Assembly (NCBI GenBank): GCA_964437465.1 | Contig: CAYTGI010000006.1 | Coordinates: forward strand, 1-44,956 | Source of the DNA: an uncultured Candidatus Saccharibacteria bacterium | GTDB lineage: Bacteria > Patescibacteriota > Dojkabacteria > J137 | Direction of reading: 5' to 3' | DNA length: 44,956 bases | Shown: positions 17,980-26,914 of the stretch, piece by piece | Numbering within the stretch: the first letter of the stretch is position 1 | Layout: the number at the start of each line of letters is the position of its first letter | The notes under the pieces: generated by a model | Database searches by the model: none | Told to the model about the DNA's origin: nothing | What the model saw: the letters and a program-made list of their open reading frames with translations, nothing else | Program-made: the position numbers and the translations under genes

Positions 17980-20900
17980 CTATGCTTTAGTTATTTTGAA
18001 ACTAATCTCTTCATCTCCGATTTTTGCCTTTAATGCTTCTTCGTCTAACTCAGATTCTTTAATACTTTTTGCCTTAACTGATTGTGATAGATCATTATTA
18101 AGAGTGATGAATAGATTTTTTAGGAACTCGCTATCAGTAGAATATTGAAGGTTAATTTGATCATTCATCTGAAGTTTCATTTTCTTCCTTGCTGCTTGAA
18201 TATTTCTTGTTAATTCTCGCAATGCACCTTCCATTCTTAGCTCATCATTTATCTCAAGGTTTAATCCAACCTGTATTCCAAGGGTAGTATCTCCAATAAC
18301 TTTTACAGTCTCTGATTCTTCAAATTCAAATTTCTCCATCGCTTCCTTTACATTTAATTCTTTTTGAATCAGTTCTTTCATCCATCCAGTTAATGCACCA
18401 AGATCTTCATTAGTTGAATGAACGTATAGCTCTGATAAAGGTTGTCTTACTTTTTGCCCATTCTCAACTCTTAGATTATGTCCAAATTCAACAATCTTTC
18501 TAATAAGTGACATTTCAGTTTCAATTTTTGTATATTCCTCTATGAACTTCTGATCATGAGTAGGGAAGTCAGTTAAGTGAATTGATTCTTCCTTATCTTG
18601 TAATTCTCCAAATATAATTTCTCTGTAGATATGATCAGTGATGAAAGGAGCAAACGGAGCAAGTAGCTTTAATGTTTCTACTAAAACGTAGTAAAGAACC
18701 TCTAAAGCTCTATGATCTCCAGCTCCAAATCTATCTCGATTAGATCTAATGTACCATTTTGAAGTTTCAGATATTAGATCGGAAATTGGTTTCAAAGCCT
18801 TTGGCACAATGTAACTTTCCATATTCTCGTTAACTTCTTTTATAGTTTTTTGGAGCTTTACCAAAATCCATTCATCTAAATTATTCTCGATATCATCAAA
18901 AGGAATGTGATCCCAAGGGTGTGAATCACCAGTTACATTTCTTTTATTGTAGGCAAGATCTTCAGTTGGTTGCCAGTTATGCATATTTGCATATGTTGTT
19001 AAGTAGCTGTAGATGTTCCAAAGAGGAAGAGTAATTTCTTGAACCTGTAGTTTTAAATCTTTCTCATTGAAGTTAATATCCTCTCCTACTAATAGAGGGC
19101 TTCCTAAAAAATATAATCTTAATGCGTCTCCACCGTATTTTTCAATAGTTTGTTTAGGATCAGGATAATTTTTAAAACTCTTACTCATTTTTCTTCCATC
19201 TGTTCCTGCCATATTCCCTGTTACTATGACATTTTTGAAAGGTGCCTTGTCAAAAACGATTGTAGAGACTCGAATTAAAACATTAAACCAAGCTCTAATT
19301 TGCCCTACATATTCAGCGATATAATCAGCAGGAAAATTATTTTCGAAAATTTCTTTATTCTCAAAAGGGTAGTGCCATTCAGCTACAGGGACGGATCCTG
19401 AGTCTAGCCAGTTATCTAACACATCAGGAATTCGATGATACTCTTTTCCATCTTTAGTTAAAACGATCTTATCGCAAACATCTCGATGAAGCATAACCCT
19501 CTCATCTCCAAAGTACCAAACTCCATCTTTCTCTTTTATCTGATCATTGTACTCGCTCATCTCTTCAATACTTCCAACTACAATCTCATCTCCATCTTCA
19601 GATCTCCAAATTGGCATAATCGTTGCCCAGTATCTTGTTCTTGAAATTCCCCAATCTGGAGCATTTTTGATTACTTCAGCCATTCGTCCTTCCTGAAAAT
19701 GATCTGGAATCCAATTTATATCTTTATTAACCTCAAGCATTCTATCTTTAACCTTATTTATATTTACAAAATATGAATCTTGAGCTTTATATATCAATGG
19801 ATTATCTCCTCTGAAGAATGGTAGTCTGTGTCTGTAAATTTCTGACTTTAAGAGATTTCCTTTCTTTTTAAGATCCTCTTTAATTGGCTCAGCAGCATCC
19901 CTAAGATAAGTTCCCTTAAATTCTCCAACGGTTAAATTTCCTTCATCGTCAATATCTTGATGATCACTTAATTTGAACTTTTCTCCTAATTCAAAGTCTT
20001 CTGCTCCGAATCCAGGAGCTACATGAAGTACACCTGTTCCATCATCTGTAGTAACTCCTTCATATAGATAAACCTTAAAATCATTATCAGTAGTGTCTTT
20101 TACAAAATAATCATAAACTGGTTCGTATTCTAATCCCTCGAGATCTTTACCTTTGATTTCGTTTTTAATTGTTAAATTTTTATGATCATCTCCGAAGATA
20201 TACTCTAATCTTTTCTTAGCAACAACAAGGTTACCTTCTTCATGTTCAATGACTACATAATCTTCTTTAGGGTTGACTGCCAGGGCAAAGTTAGAAGGAA
20301 TTGTCCAAGGAGTTGTTGTCCATGCAACTATAAAAGTATTTTCTGATCCTTTGATTTTTTCTGGTTTTTTCAATTTAAATTTCACAAAAATACTTAGATC
20401 ATCAACATCTTGGTAGTTATTAGATTCAGCAACCTCAAATTCTGAAACTGGTGTTGCAGTGTCTGTAGAGAAGAGCGAGACTCTTTTTCCTTTGTATACA
20501 AAGCCTTTTTCATGCATTTGTTTAAATACCCAGATGACTGATTCATTGAATTCAGGATTCATTGTGTAGTAGGCATTTTCCATATCCACCCATCTTCCAA
20601 CTGAATCGATATACCATTCCCATTGGCTAGTTACCTCTTCAACATGTTTTCTACATTCCTTTACATAGTTATCAATTCCAAATTCTTCTACATCAGCTCG
20701 GCTCTTAAGATTAAATTTCTCATTAACTTTTGCTTCAATAGGTAATCCATGACAGTCCCAACCCCAAACTCTTCTAATCTTTTTACCTCTCATTGCCCAA
20801 TATCGTGTAACTGGGTCTTTAGTAATTGAGGATAGTAAAGAACCGTAATGAGGCATTCCGGTTACAAAAGGTGGTCCATCAACAAAAGTATATCGATTAT

Positions 20901-21012
20901 CTTCATCTTTGGATTCAATCGATTTTTCAAAAATTTTATTTTCTTTCCAGAACTTCAAAACTTCCTGTTCTAAATCAAAGAAATTTTGTCTTGGGTTTGG
21001 TTTGTTAAACAT
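17980..21012 (-). CDS. ileS: Isoleucine--tRNA ligase, type 2 (archaeal/eukaryote-like)
   Basis: DGPPFVTGMPHYGS, GWDCHGLP, WTTTPWT, DWGISRTRYW, GRKMSKSFKNYPDP; no C-terminal Zn finger. Confidence 0.97.
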   Translation of the reverse strand: MFNKPNPRQNFFDLEQEVLKFWKENKIFEKSIESKDEDNRYTFVDGPPFVTGMPHYGSLLSSITKDPVTRYWAMRGKKIRRVWGWDCHGLPIEAKVNEKFNLKSRADVEEFGIDNYVKECRKHVEEVTSQWEWYIDSVGRWVDMENAYYTMNPEFNESVIWVFKQMHEKGFVYKGKRVSLFSTDTATPVSEFEVAESNNYQDVDDLSIFVKFKLKKPEKIKGSENTFIVAWTTTPWTIPSNFALAVNPKEDYVVIEHEEGNLVVAKKRLEYIFGDDHKNLTIKNEIKGKDLEGLEYEPVYDYFVKDTTDNDFKVYLYEGVTTDDGTGVLHVAPGFGAEDFELGEKFKLSDHQDIDDEGNLTVGEFKGTYLRDAAEPIKEDLKKKGNLLKSEIYRHRLPFFRGDNPLIYKAQDSYFVNINKVKDRMLEVNKDINWIPDHFQEGRMAEVIKNAPDWGISRTRYWATIMPIWRSEDGDEIVVGSIEEMSEYNDQIKEKDGVWYFGDERVMLHRDVCDKIVLTKDGKEYHRIPDVLDNWLDSGSVPVAEWHYPFENKEIFENNFPADYIAEYVGQIRAWFNVLIRVSTIVFDKAPFKNVIVTGNMAGTDGRKMSKSFKNYPDPKQTIEKYGGDALRLYFLGSPLLVGEDINFNEKDLKLQVQEITLPLWNIYSYLTTYANMHNWQPTEDLAYNKRNVTGDSHPWDHIPFDDIENNLDEWILVKLQKTIKEVNENMESYIVPKALKPISDLISETSKWYIRSNRDRFGAGDHRALEVLYYVLVETLKLLAPFAPFITDHIYREIIFGELQDKEESIHLTDFPTHDQKFIEEYTKIETEMSLIRKIVEFGHNLRVENGQKVRQPLSELYVHSTNEDLGALTGWMKELIQKELNVKEAMEKFEFEESETVKVIGDTTLGIQVGLNLEINDELRMEGALRELTRNIQAARKKMKLQMNDQINLQYSTDSEFLKNLFITLNNDLSQSVKAKSIKESELDEEALKAKIGDEEISFKITKA

Positions 21013-21071
21013 TTCTAAAGATATAAGATTTAAGATAAGAGATCTAAGATTTCTTGGATCTGAGATTTTTA
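21013..21071 (-). repeat. 3' heptamer arm (xxATCTY) of the four-helix-bundle gene
   Basis: Minus strand: aaatctc agatcca ag aaatctt agatctc ttatctt aaatctt atatctt, running up to the ileS start. Confidence 0.8.
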
Positions 21072-21406
21072 ATTATGGTGTAAATCATTTTTTTAAGCTC
21101 ATCAATTTTCATCTCAGTATGTTCCCAGCTTTTATTTTGTATATATTTAAGATCATGAGAAATCTCAATCATAGTTGATACTTCGTTTAGTGAACCCAGT
21201 GCTATATTTAGGAAATTTGCGAATTCTTTATCCGTTTGCCTTACTGCTCCTTCAGCAATATTTGCAAGAATTGAAACGCCAGCTCGTCTAATTTGATTGG
21301 TTAATCCAAATTTTTCTTCTTCGGGAAATGTTGAAGTTATTGTATATATATCTTTAACTAAGTCCTTAGATACTTGCCATATTTTTAACTGCTTGTAGTT
21401 ATGCAT
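21044..21406 (-). CDS. Four-helix-bundle protein (23S rRNA IVS protein-like, TIGR02436-type)
   Basis: YKQLKIWQ, FPEEEKFGLTNQIRRAGVSI.ANIAEG, FLNIALGSLNE. Confidence 0.93.
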   Translation of the reverse strand: MHNYKQLKIWQVSKDLVKDIYTITSTFPEEEKFGLTNQIRRAGVSILANIAEGAVRQTDKEFANFLNIALGSLNEVSTMIEISHDLKYIQNKSWEHTEMKIDELKKMIYTIIKNLRSKKS

Positions 21407-21445
21407 TGTTTCTTTTGTCTAAATTCTTTTATCTGGTGTCTTAAA
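21407..21445 (-). repeat. 5' heptamer arm (xxAGAxx) of the four-helix-bundle gene
   Basis: Minus strand: taagaca ccagata aaagaat ttagaca aaagaaa directly before the ATG; reverse-complementary in character to the 3' arm. Confidence 0.7.
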
Positions 21446-21537
21446 GAGGACTGGATCGCCCAGTGGTACCACCTCATTTTCCCGATGAAGAAATCGGGAC
21501 GCTCATTTTAGCTATTTCGGGCTCTCCCGCCTAGGTC

Positions 21538-21567
21538 TAGTCTCCTACGCTAAAGCTTCGGAGACTA
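21538..21567. repeat. REP-like palindrome (CCTACGCTAAAGCTTCGG type) inside the T-box
   Basis: TAGTCTCC-tacgctaaagcttc-GGAGACTA, perfect 8-bp stem. Confidence 0.7.
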
Positions 21568-21605
21568 AACTCCAAAAACTTTAACAGCTTGCCAATTTCG
21601 TCTTG

Positions 21606-21631
21606 ATCTACGAAGCCTTGGCGAAGTAGAT
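21606..21631. repeat. REP-like palindrome (CGAAGCCTTGGCGAAG type) inside the T-box
   Basis: ATCTAC-gaagccttggcgaa-GTAGAT. Confidence 0.7.
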
Positions 21632-21700
21632 TTCTTCTAAGTGCTCTGGAGTGATATCTCGTCTGCTTTTGGCATGAGCTCCTTCTACGCGTTCATTTTG

Positions 21701-21709
21701 ATTTTATCA
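21701..21709 (-). promoter_or_regulatory. Putative extended -10 promoter for the T-box/ileS leader
   Basis: Minus strand TG-A-TAAAAT about 7 nt upstream of the first T-box motif. Confidence 0.5.
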
Positions 21710-21713
21710 CAGT

Positions 21714-22529
21714 TTAATAGTCAAATTCCTCAAATGGAGGATTAATTAATCTCATGTCCTGATTAAGGGAATCCATAATTTCAGTTTGTTCTTTCGATAG
21801 GTGGATGTCCTGACTTTTAAAGTTTTCTTCAATATGCTCTTTAGAGCCTGCTTTTGGAATTGTGATTATGTCTTTGTCAAGTAACCATGACAGAATTGCC
21901 TGGGCTGTGCTAGCTCCAATTTCTTCAGCAATATCTTTAATCTCCTTTATATCTAAATCTTTTCCCCTTGCAATAGGGGAATATGCTGTTAAATAAATAC
22001 CATGATCCATACAGAAATCATAAAGATCCTTTTGGTAAAGGGTAGGGTGGAATTCAACTTGGTTATTTGAAATTTCAAATCCTTCTTCATGAATTCTCTC
22101 AATATGTTTAATAGTGAAATTAGAAACTCCATAAGAATTAATTAGACCTTTTTCTTTAGCTTTTTCCATTGCTTCAAGAGTATCCATGATCGGAATATTG
22201 CTATCTGGCCAATGAACAAGATAAAGATCTAGGTAATCTAAGCTAAGCTCATCTAAATTTCTTTTTAATGAATCTATGAGTTGGTCTTTTTTTAAGTTAT
22301 CTCTCCAAACTTTAGAAGTTACGAAAAGCTCAGATCTTTTAACATTACTGTTTTTAATTCCTTTCCCAACTTCATTATGATTGCCGTACATATCTGCAGT
22401 ATCAATATGTCTATAGCCAACTTCTAGGGCGTATTCAATAGACTCAATGCAATTGTCTCCAGTTAATTGCCATGTACCAATCCCAAGAAGTGGTATTTCG
22501 TTGCCATGTTTAAGTTTTACTTTACGCAT
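21714..22529 (-). CDS. Aldo/keto reductase
   Basis: LGIGTW, GYRHIDTADMYGN, LFVTSKVW, YLDLYLVHWP, GVSNF, AYSPIARG, IPKA. Confidence 0.95.
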   Translation of the reverse strand: MRKVKLKHGNEIPLLGIGTWQLTGDNCIESIEYALEVGYRHIDTADMYGNHNEVGKGIKNSNVKRSELFVTSKVWRDNLKKDQLIDSLKRNLDELSLDYLDLYLVHWPDSNIPIMDTLEAMEKAKEKGLINSYGVSNFTIKHIERIHEEGFEISNNQVEFHPTLYQKDLYDFCMDHGIYLTAYSPIARGKDLDIKEIKDIAEEIGASTAQAILSWLLDKDIITIPKAGSKEHIEENFKSQDIHLSKEQTEIMDSLNQDMRLINPPFEEFDY

Positions 22530-22574
22530 GAAGAGGTTTTTAAGAAGTAATCTATCTAATTGTATCAGATCGAA

Positions 22575-23393
22575 TCAGTTATTCTTAAGTAAAGCTTTTC
22601 CTTGGCCGTTAATCTTGCTCATTGGTTTAGCTTTTTTCCAAAATGAATCAAATATCTGTCTTTGCATGTCAGCTAGTTCTTTATTGTAAATTTCTACAAT
22701 GAATACATCATTATTTCTAAAGTTGTACATTGTATAAACATTGTTATAGATTAGTATTTCAAAATTGATTTTAAATTCATTAGGGGCGATGTATTTAATG
22801 TCCCAGTATTTAATTAGATCTTTTATTTCAGTGTGTTCATGGATCTCGGTGTAGTTGGTTAGTTGATTTATTTTAACCTGATTTTTTACGAATTCCTTTC
22901 TAGCTCTTTCGCTAAACTCTCTTGGCATGAATTCTTCCATATTTGAAGCAAGCTCGAATATTCTTAGTTTATCTTTCGCTTTTGTAGAGTTCCAAGTAAC
23001 TTGTTTTAGCCCCTCAATGCCTTGGTAATGAAGTATTTTTGAGTTTTTACCTGAGATTTTCTCTATATTATTTAGATCATTTATAAGTATCGGCGCTGTA
23101 TTTTTAAGAATGTTTAATTCATCTTCTTTTTGCTTCACAATTTGCATTAGTTTTTCTGGGGATTCTGCGACGAATCTTTTTCCATAACCCTCAACTTGCT
23201 CAATTACAAAGCTCTTCTCAATCAGTTTCTCAATTACTCTATAGATTTTTGTTCTGGCTATTTTTAATTTTTTACTTAGCATAAGTGCGGATGTTCCTGG
23301 CTCTTTAAGTAAGTAGTAGTAAATCCGTGCTTCATCAGTACTTAAGCCATAAAAAGAGAGGCTTTTAATGTAGTTGTCTGCTTCTTCGGACAT
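22575..23393 (-). CDS. TrmB-family transcriptional regulator
   Basis: GLSTDEARIYYYLL, IARTKIYRVIEKLIEKSFV HTH; YQGIEG; C-terminal effector-like domain. Confidence 0.85.
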   Translation of the reverse strand: MSEEADNYIKSLSFYGLSTDEARIYYYLLKEPGTSALMLSKKLKIARTKIYRVIEKLIEKSFVIEQVEGYGKRFVAESPEKLMQIVKQKEDELNILKNTAPILINDLNNIEKISGKNSKILHYQGIEGLKQVTWNSTKAKDKLRIFELASNMEEFMPREFSERARKEFVKNQVKINQLTNYTEIHEHTEIKDLIKYWDIKYIAPNEFKINFEILIYNNVYTMYNFRNNDVFIVEIYNKELADMQRQIFDSFWKKAKPMSKINGQGKALLKNN

Positions 23394-23456
23394 ATCATTT
23401 TAAAAGTAAAAGCTTGTATATAAAATCGTAACATAACTTTTAATAAATGGATAACT

Positions 23457-24323
23457 ATGGATTTTTTAGGGATAATTTTTGGTCTAAGCTATGCAGTGTT
23501 TGCAGGGTTTGGAAAAGTTGTGTTGAAAAAAAGTTTAAATTCCTTTCCTAGCTCTGTTTCTTTCTTTTGGGAATCGGTTTTTGGGATGTTTCTTTGGGTT
23601 CCTATTAGTATGACTATAGGGGTAGATTATGCATCTATTCCTAGTATTTTACCTATTATTATCCTAGGTGCGGTTCTATCCGAAGCATATATTTTTTATA
23701 TTTACTCTAAGGGTGATATAAGTATTATAGGCGCAATCTTTCCCTCTTATTCATTATTTACAATTCTTTTCTCTATTATTCTAATTTCAGAAAGGCCTAC
23801 GTTGTTACAAGTTCTATCTGCTCTTGTAATTTTTGTCGGAGTAATCTTGATCTCATTATCGAGTTTTAAAAAGAATTTATCATTCGTTAAGAATATATCG
23901 CCTTCGCTGTGGGCGTTATCTGGAGCGATTGCAGTTGGTGTAGCTGATTCGCTTGGAAAAGGAGTAATTAATGAAACTTCATCATTCACATTGCTCTTTA
24001 CTTTAGCATTTGTTCAGATTCCAGTGTCTCTTATTTTTCTAAGGATTGAAAGACAGGATTTTAAAGATACGTTTACTGCATTTAGAGATTTTGAAAAATA
24101 TCGTCTAAGTTTAATTGCTGCATTCTTAATAGCTTTAGCTCAACTTTTCTTTTGGTTGAGTTTTGAAAATACTCTTGCCTCTGTTGCCTCACCAATAACA
24201 TCTTCAGTTAGTATGTTTACAGTAATATTTGCATATTTGTTCTTAGAAGAGAGTCTTGGGAGGGTAAAGATTTTAGGTGTTCTTTTTGTCTTTTTTGGAG
24301 TAGTACTATTGGGCTTAGTTTAG
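23457..24323 (+). CDS. EamA/DMT-family transporter
   Basis: About 10 TM helices in two repeated halves; ERPTLLQ and EESLGRVKILGV end motifs. Confidence 0.88.
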   Translation: MDFLGIIFGLSYAVFAGFGKVVLKKSLNSFPSSVSFFWESVFGMFLWVPISMTIGVDYASIPSILPIIILGAVLSEAYIFYIYSKGDISIIGAIFPSYSLFTILFSIILISERPTLLQVLSALVIFVGVILISLSSFKKNLSFVKNISPSLWALSGAIAVGVADSLGKGVINETSSFTLLFTLAFVQIPVSLIFLRIERQDFKDTFTAFRDFEKYRLSLIAAFLIALAQLFFWLSFENTLASVASPITSSVSMFTVIFAYLFLEESLGRVKILGVLFVFFGVVLLGLV

Positions 24324-24355
24324 GCTCAGTAGTTTTGAAAGTGTTAAAATCAATC

Positions 24356-25303
24356 ATGGATAAAGTTAAAACAATATTTATAGGTACTAGCGAATTCGCT
24401 GTTCCGATTTTAGAGGAATTGGTAAATCTTGAATTTATAGATTTGAATTTGGTGATTACTCAGCCAGATAAACCTGCTGGAAGAAAGCAAAAGTTACTAC
24501 CTTCTCCTGTGAAACAGTTTTTGGGAGGCTCAAATGCTAATATTAAAATTCTGCAGCCACAAATAATACGAAAGAGTGCTACAGAAATTTTAGAAAAATT
24601 TGAACCGGAGTTAATTATAGTTGCTTCTTACGGTCAGATAATTCCAAAAAAGATTTTAAACTATCCTAAATATGGATGCTTAAACTTTCATGGATCTTTG
24701 CTACCCAAACTCAGAGGAGCAGTACCGATACAAATGAGTATTTTAAAAGGTTTAGAAACAACCGGCGTAACTCTACAGAAGATGAGTTTTAAGATGGATG
24801 AAGGTGACATTATTTCTCAACGAGAAATTGAATTACAAAGAAATGAGACATCAGAATCATTAACTGAAATATTAAGTGAACTCTCAAAAGATATACTGAA
24901 GGAGGATTTGGAGGACTGGATTGCTGGGGAAGTAGAAGCGATCCCTCAGGATCATAACGAAGCTACTTATTGTTTTAAAGAGGATATTCGAAAAGAAAAT
25001 GCTGAAATTAATGAAAAAACTTCAGTTATTATCGCAGAGAAGATGGTTAGGGCTTTTTATCCATGGCCAGTAGTATGGTTAATGGTGCCAAATGGTAAGA
25101 ATGCAGGTAAGAGGCTCAAAGTTTTTAAGTCTAGAATACTGGATCAAAAATTAGAACAAGAAGCAAGGGGAAATTTTAGAATTGTCGAAATTGACGGTCA
25201 GCTCTGTATTATGCTTAAGGATGGCGCTTTAGTACTTGAAGAGGTCCAGCTAGAAGGAAAAGAAAGAAGAACTGGAACAGAATACTTATGGATAGTAGAA
25301 TAG
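24356..25303 (+). CDS. fmt: Methionyl-tRNA formyltransferase (ATG 24356; track ORF from 24335)
   Basis: IFIGTSEFAVP, VITQPDKPAGR, ASYGQIIP, NFHGSLLPKLRGAVP, MDEGDII, VRAFYPWP. Confidence 0.96.
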   Translation: MDKVKTIFIGTSEFAVPILEELVNLEFIDLNLVITQPDKPAGRKQKLLPSPVKQFLGGSNANIKILQPQIIRKSATEILEKFEPELIIVASYGQIIPKKILNYPKYGCLNFHGSLLPKLRGAVPIQMSILKGLETTGVTLQKMSFKMDEGDIISQREIELQRNETSESLTEILSELSKDILKEDLEDWIAGEVEAIPQDHNEATYCFKEDIRKENAEINEKTSVIIAEKMVRAFYPWPVVWLMVPNGKNAGKRLKVFKSRILDQKLEQEARGNFRIVEIDGQLCIMLKDGALVLEEVQLEGKERRTGTEYLWIVE

Positions 25304-25307
25304 AGGT

Positions 25308-25430
25308 ATGGAAATAATTACATTTTTACTACATTTCATTTACATATCTGGAACTTTTCTGGGAGGTGTAGCTATTGGTTACATTTTCAAAGAAAAGATT
25401 AGTACAGTGCTATCTAGATTCTTTAAATGA
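25308..25430 (+). CDS. Small single-TM protein, 40 aa (below the ORF-track cutoff)
   Basis: MEIITFLLHFIYISGTFLGGVAIGYIFKEKISTVLSRFFK; GAGGT directly before the ATG; its TGA overlaps the next ATG (ATGA). Confidence 0.65.
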   Translation: MEIITFLLHFIYISGTFLGGVAIGYIFKEKISTVLSRFFK

Positions 25431-26914
25431 AAGTCCTCCTGAAAGGTTGTGCTATTTTTTTAATTGGAATTATCCCAATTCTTTTTGTATTTGGGTATTT
25501 TAATTATCCAAGATATTACTATTCTCAAAATGAGGCAGTAATTATTGAGGTTAATGAATATCTAGAGATTTTAGGTCAACGTCAAATTGATACATATATG
25601 ATTTCTGAAACGTATCCCAGCAACTCCTTTGCTGAATATCAATATGCTAGAGAGAATGTAGATAACATCGATGACTTGAGAAATCAGATTGAAGATTTCG
25701 GTAGAAATGAGATCAATACTTACCTTGAAAAAATTAATTCCTATACCTCGATTGGTTTTGAGGAGATCAGGATTGATTTAACTGAGTTGGGCTTTAATGA
25801 ATTAAGAAATTATGAAGAAATAATTGAAAAGTCTAAGGCTGATCTTAGGGAGACAGTTGATGGAATCCCCAATGCTTACTATGAAATAAATGAACAAATG
25901 ATATTAGATATGAGTATTGAGGAGAAAATTGGCCAGTTGTTTTCTTTTGCTTTAATTACAACTAGTCTTACAGATTCTGAGATTTCTTATCTATCTGAAA
26001 ACTACATAGGAGGAGTTGCTCTTTTTGGAAATAATATTACTTCAGAAGAACAACTAATTAATCTTACAAGTGAACTGCAATTTTTAAACAATAGCTATCC
26101 TATATTTATTTCAACAGATCAGGAAGGTGGAGCAGTGAAGAGACTATCTTGGGATCCTACCGGAAGTCATAGAGACATTTTTGAACTTTCGGAATCTGAA
26201 CAGTGCAATGCATGGGAGGAGAGAGAAGAAGTTCTTATTGATTCAGGTATAAACTGGAATCTTGGATTAATTGGAGATGTTACCGACAATCCTAGTTCAT
26301 TTATTTACCAAAGAATTTTTACAGAAGATTTTAACGAAGCAGCTAAATCCGTTTACATTGCAGCTGAATGTACAAATAATACACTTCAAACTCTAAAACA
26401 TTGGCCTGGACACGGGGCTACAACTGTTGATACTCATACAACAATTGGAACTTTGGATGTTATTTCAGAAGAAGTATGGCTTGAAACGGATAATCTTCCA
26501 TTTCAATCTGGGATTGAATCTGGGGTAAATTCAATAATGATTGGACACTTAATTATTCCTTGGTTGAATGAAAGTGAACCTGCTTCTTTATCATCTGAAG
26601 CAATTGGTTATTTGAGAAATAACTTAGGATATGAAAATATGATTGTTACAGATGACATGATGATGCCTGTTAGGGCAGGAAGGGATTATGATGATTCAAT
26701 TAGAAAGGCACTATTAGCTGGACACGATCACCTATTCATCGTAACGATTGATCAAAGTTTAATGAATAGGGCATTAGATATTGCAAGAGAGCTAGTATTT
26801 ACAGGAGAAATTACAGAAGAAGATTTGAATGAGAGATTATTTAGAATTTTTGAACAGAAGAACAGATTGATAACTAATATGTACGGAGGCATTCCTTCAT
26901 CTCTTATCTACTAA
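25427..26914 (+). CDS. Membrane-anchored GH3 glycoside hydrolase (NagZ-like beta-N-acetylhexosaminidase)
   Basis: STDQEGGAVKRL, LKHWPGHG..TVDTH, IMIGHL, IVTDDMMM; N-terminal TM plus ~140-aa extension. Confidence 0.88.
   Translation: MKVLLKGCAIFLIGIIPILFVFGYFNYPRYYYSQNEAVIIEVNEYLEILGQRQIDTYMISETYPSNSFAEYQYARENVDNIDDLRNQIEDFGRNEINTYLEKINSYTSIGFEEIRIDLTELGFNELRNYEEIIEKSKADLRETVDGIPNAYYEINEQMILDMSIEEKIGQLFSFALITTSLTDSEISYLSENYIGGVALFGNNITSEEQLINLTSELQFLNNSYPIFISTDQEGGAVKRLSWDPTGSHRDIFELSESEQCNAWEEREEVLIDSGINWNLGLIGDVTDNPSSFIYQRIFTEDFNEAAKSVYIAAECTNNTLQTLKHWPGHGATTVDTHTTIGTLDVISEEVWLETDNLPFQSGIESGVNSIMIGHLIIPWLNESEPASLSSEAIGYLRNNLGYENMIVTDDMMMPVRAGRDYDDSIRKALLAGHDHLFIVTIDQSLMNRALDIARELVFTGEITEEDLNERLFRIFEQKNRLITNMYGGIPSSLIY

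Larger units (their letters stand above)
21446..21695 (-). promoter_or_regulatory. T-box riboswitch, Ile (AUC specifier), upstream of ileS
   Basis: Antiterminator GAGG-UGGUACC-ACUGG..CCAGU-CCUC (21446-21475); GA-motif flanks GCGUAGAAGGAG...CUCCAGAGC; specifier AUC at 21655-21653; GCUGUUA resembles the CCGUUA box. Confidence 0.9.

Noticed and set aside
14236-17980. oriC or parS near parAB, including the AT-rich spacer 14236-14461
   Set aside because: No TTATCCACA DnaA-box cluster or TGTTTCACGTGAAACA-like palindrome found by eye.
21044-21406. Four-helix-bundle protein as a DGR Avd
   Set aside because: Same fold family, but no RT, template repeat or target gene in the window.
16128-24000. ORFs 16128-16421, 20826-21008, 20909-21178, 22447-22689, 23747-23989
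   Set aside because: Antisense shadows of parB, ileS, the four-helix-bundle gene, AKR/TrmB and EamA.
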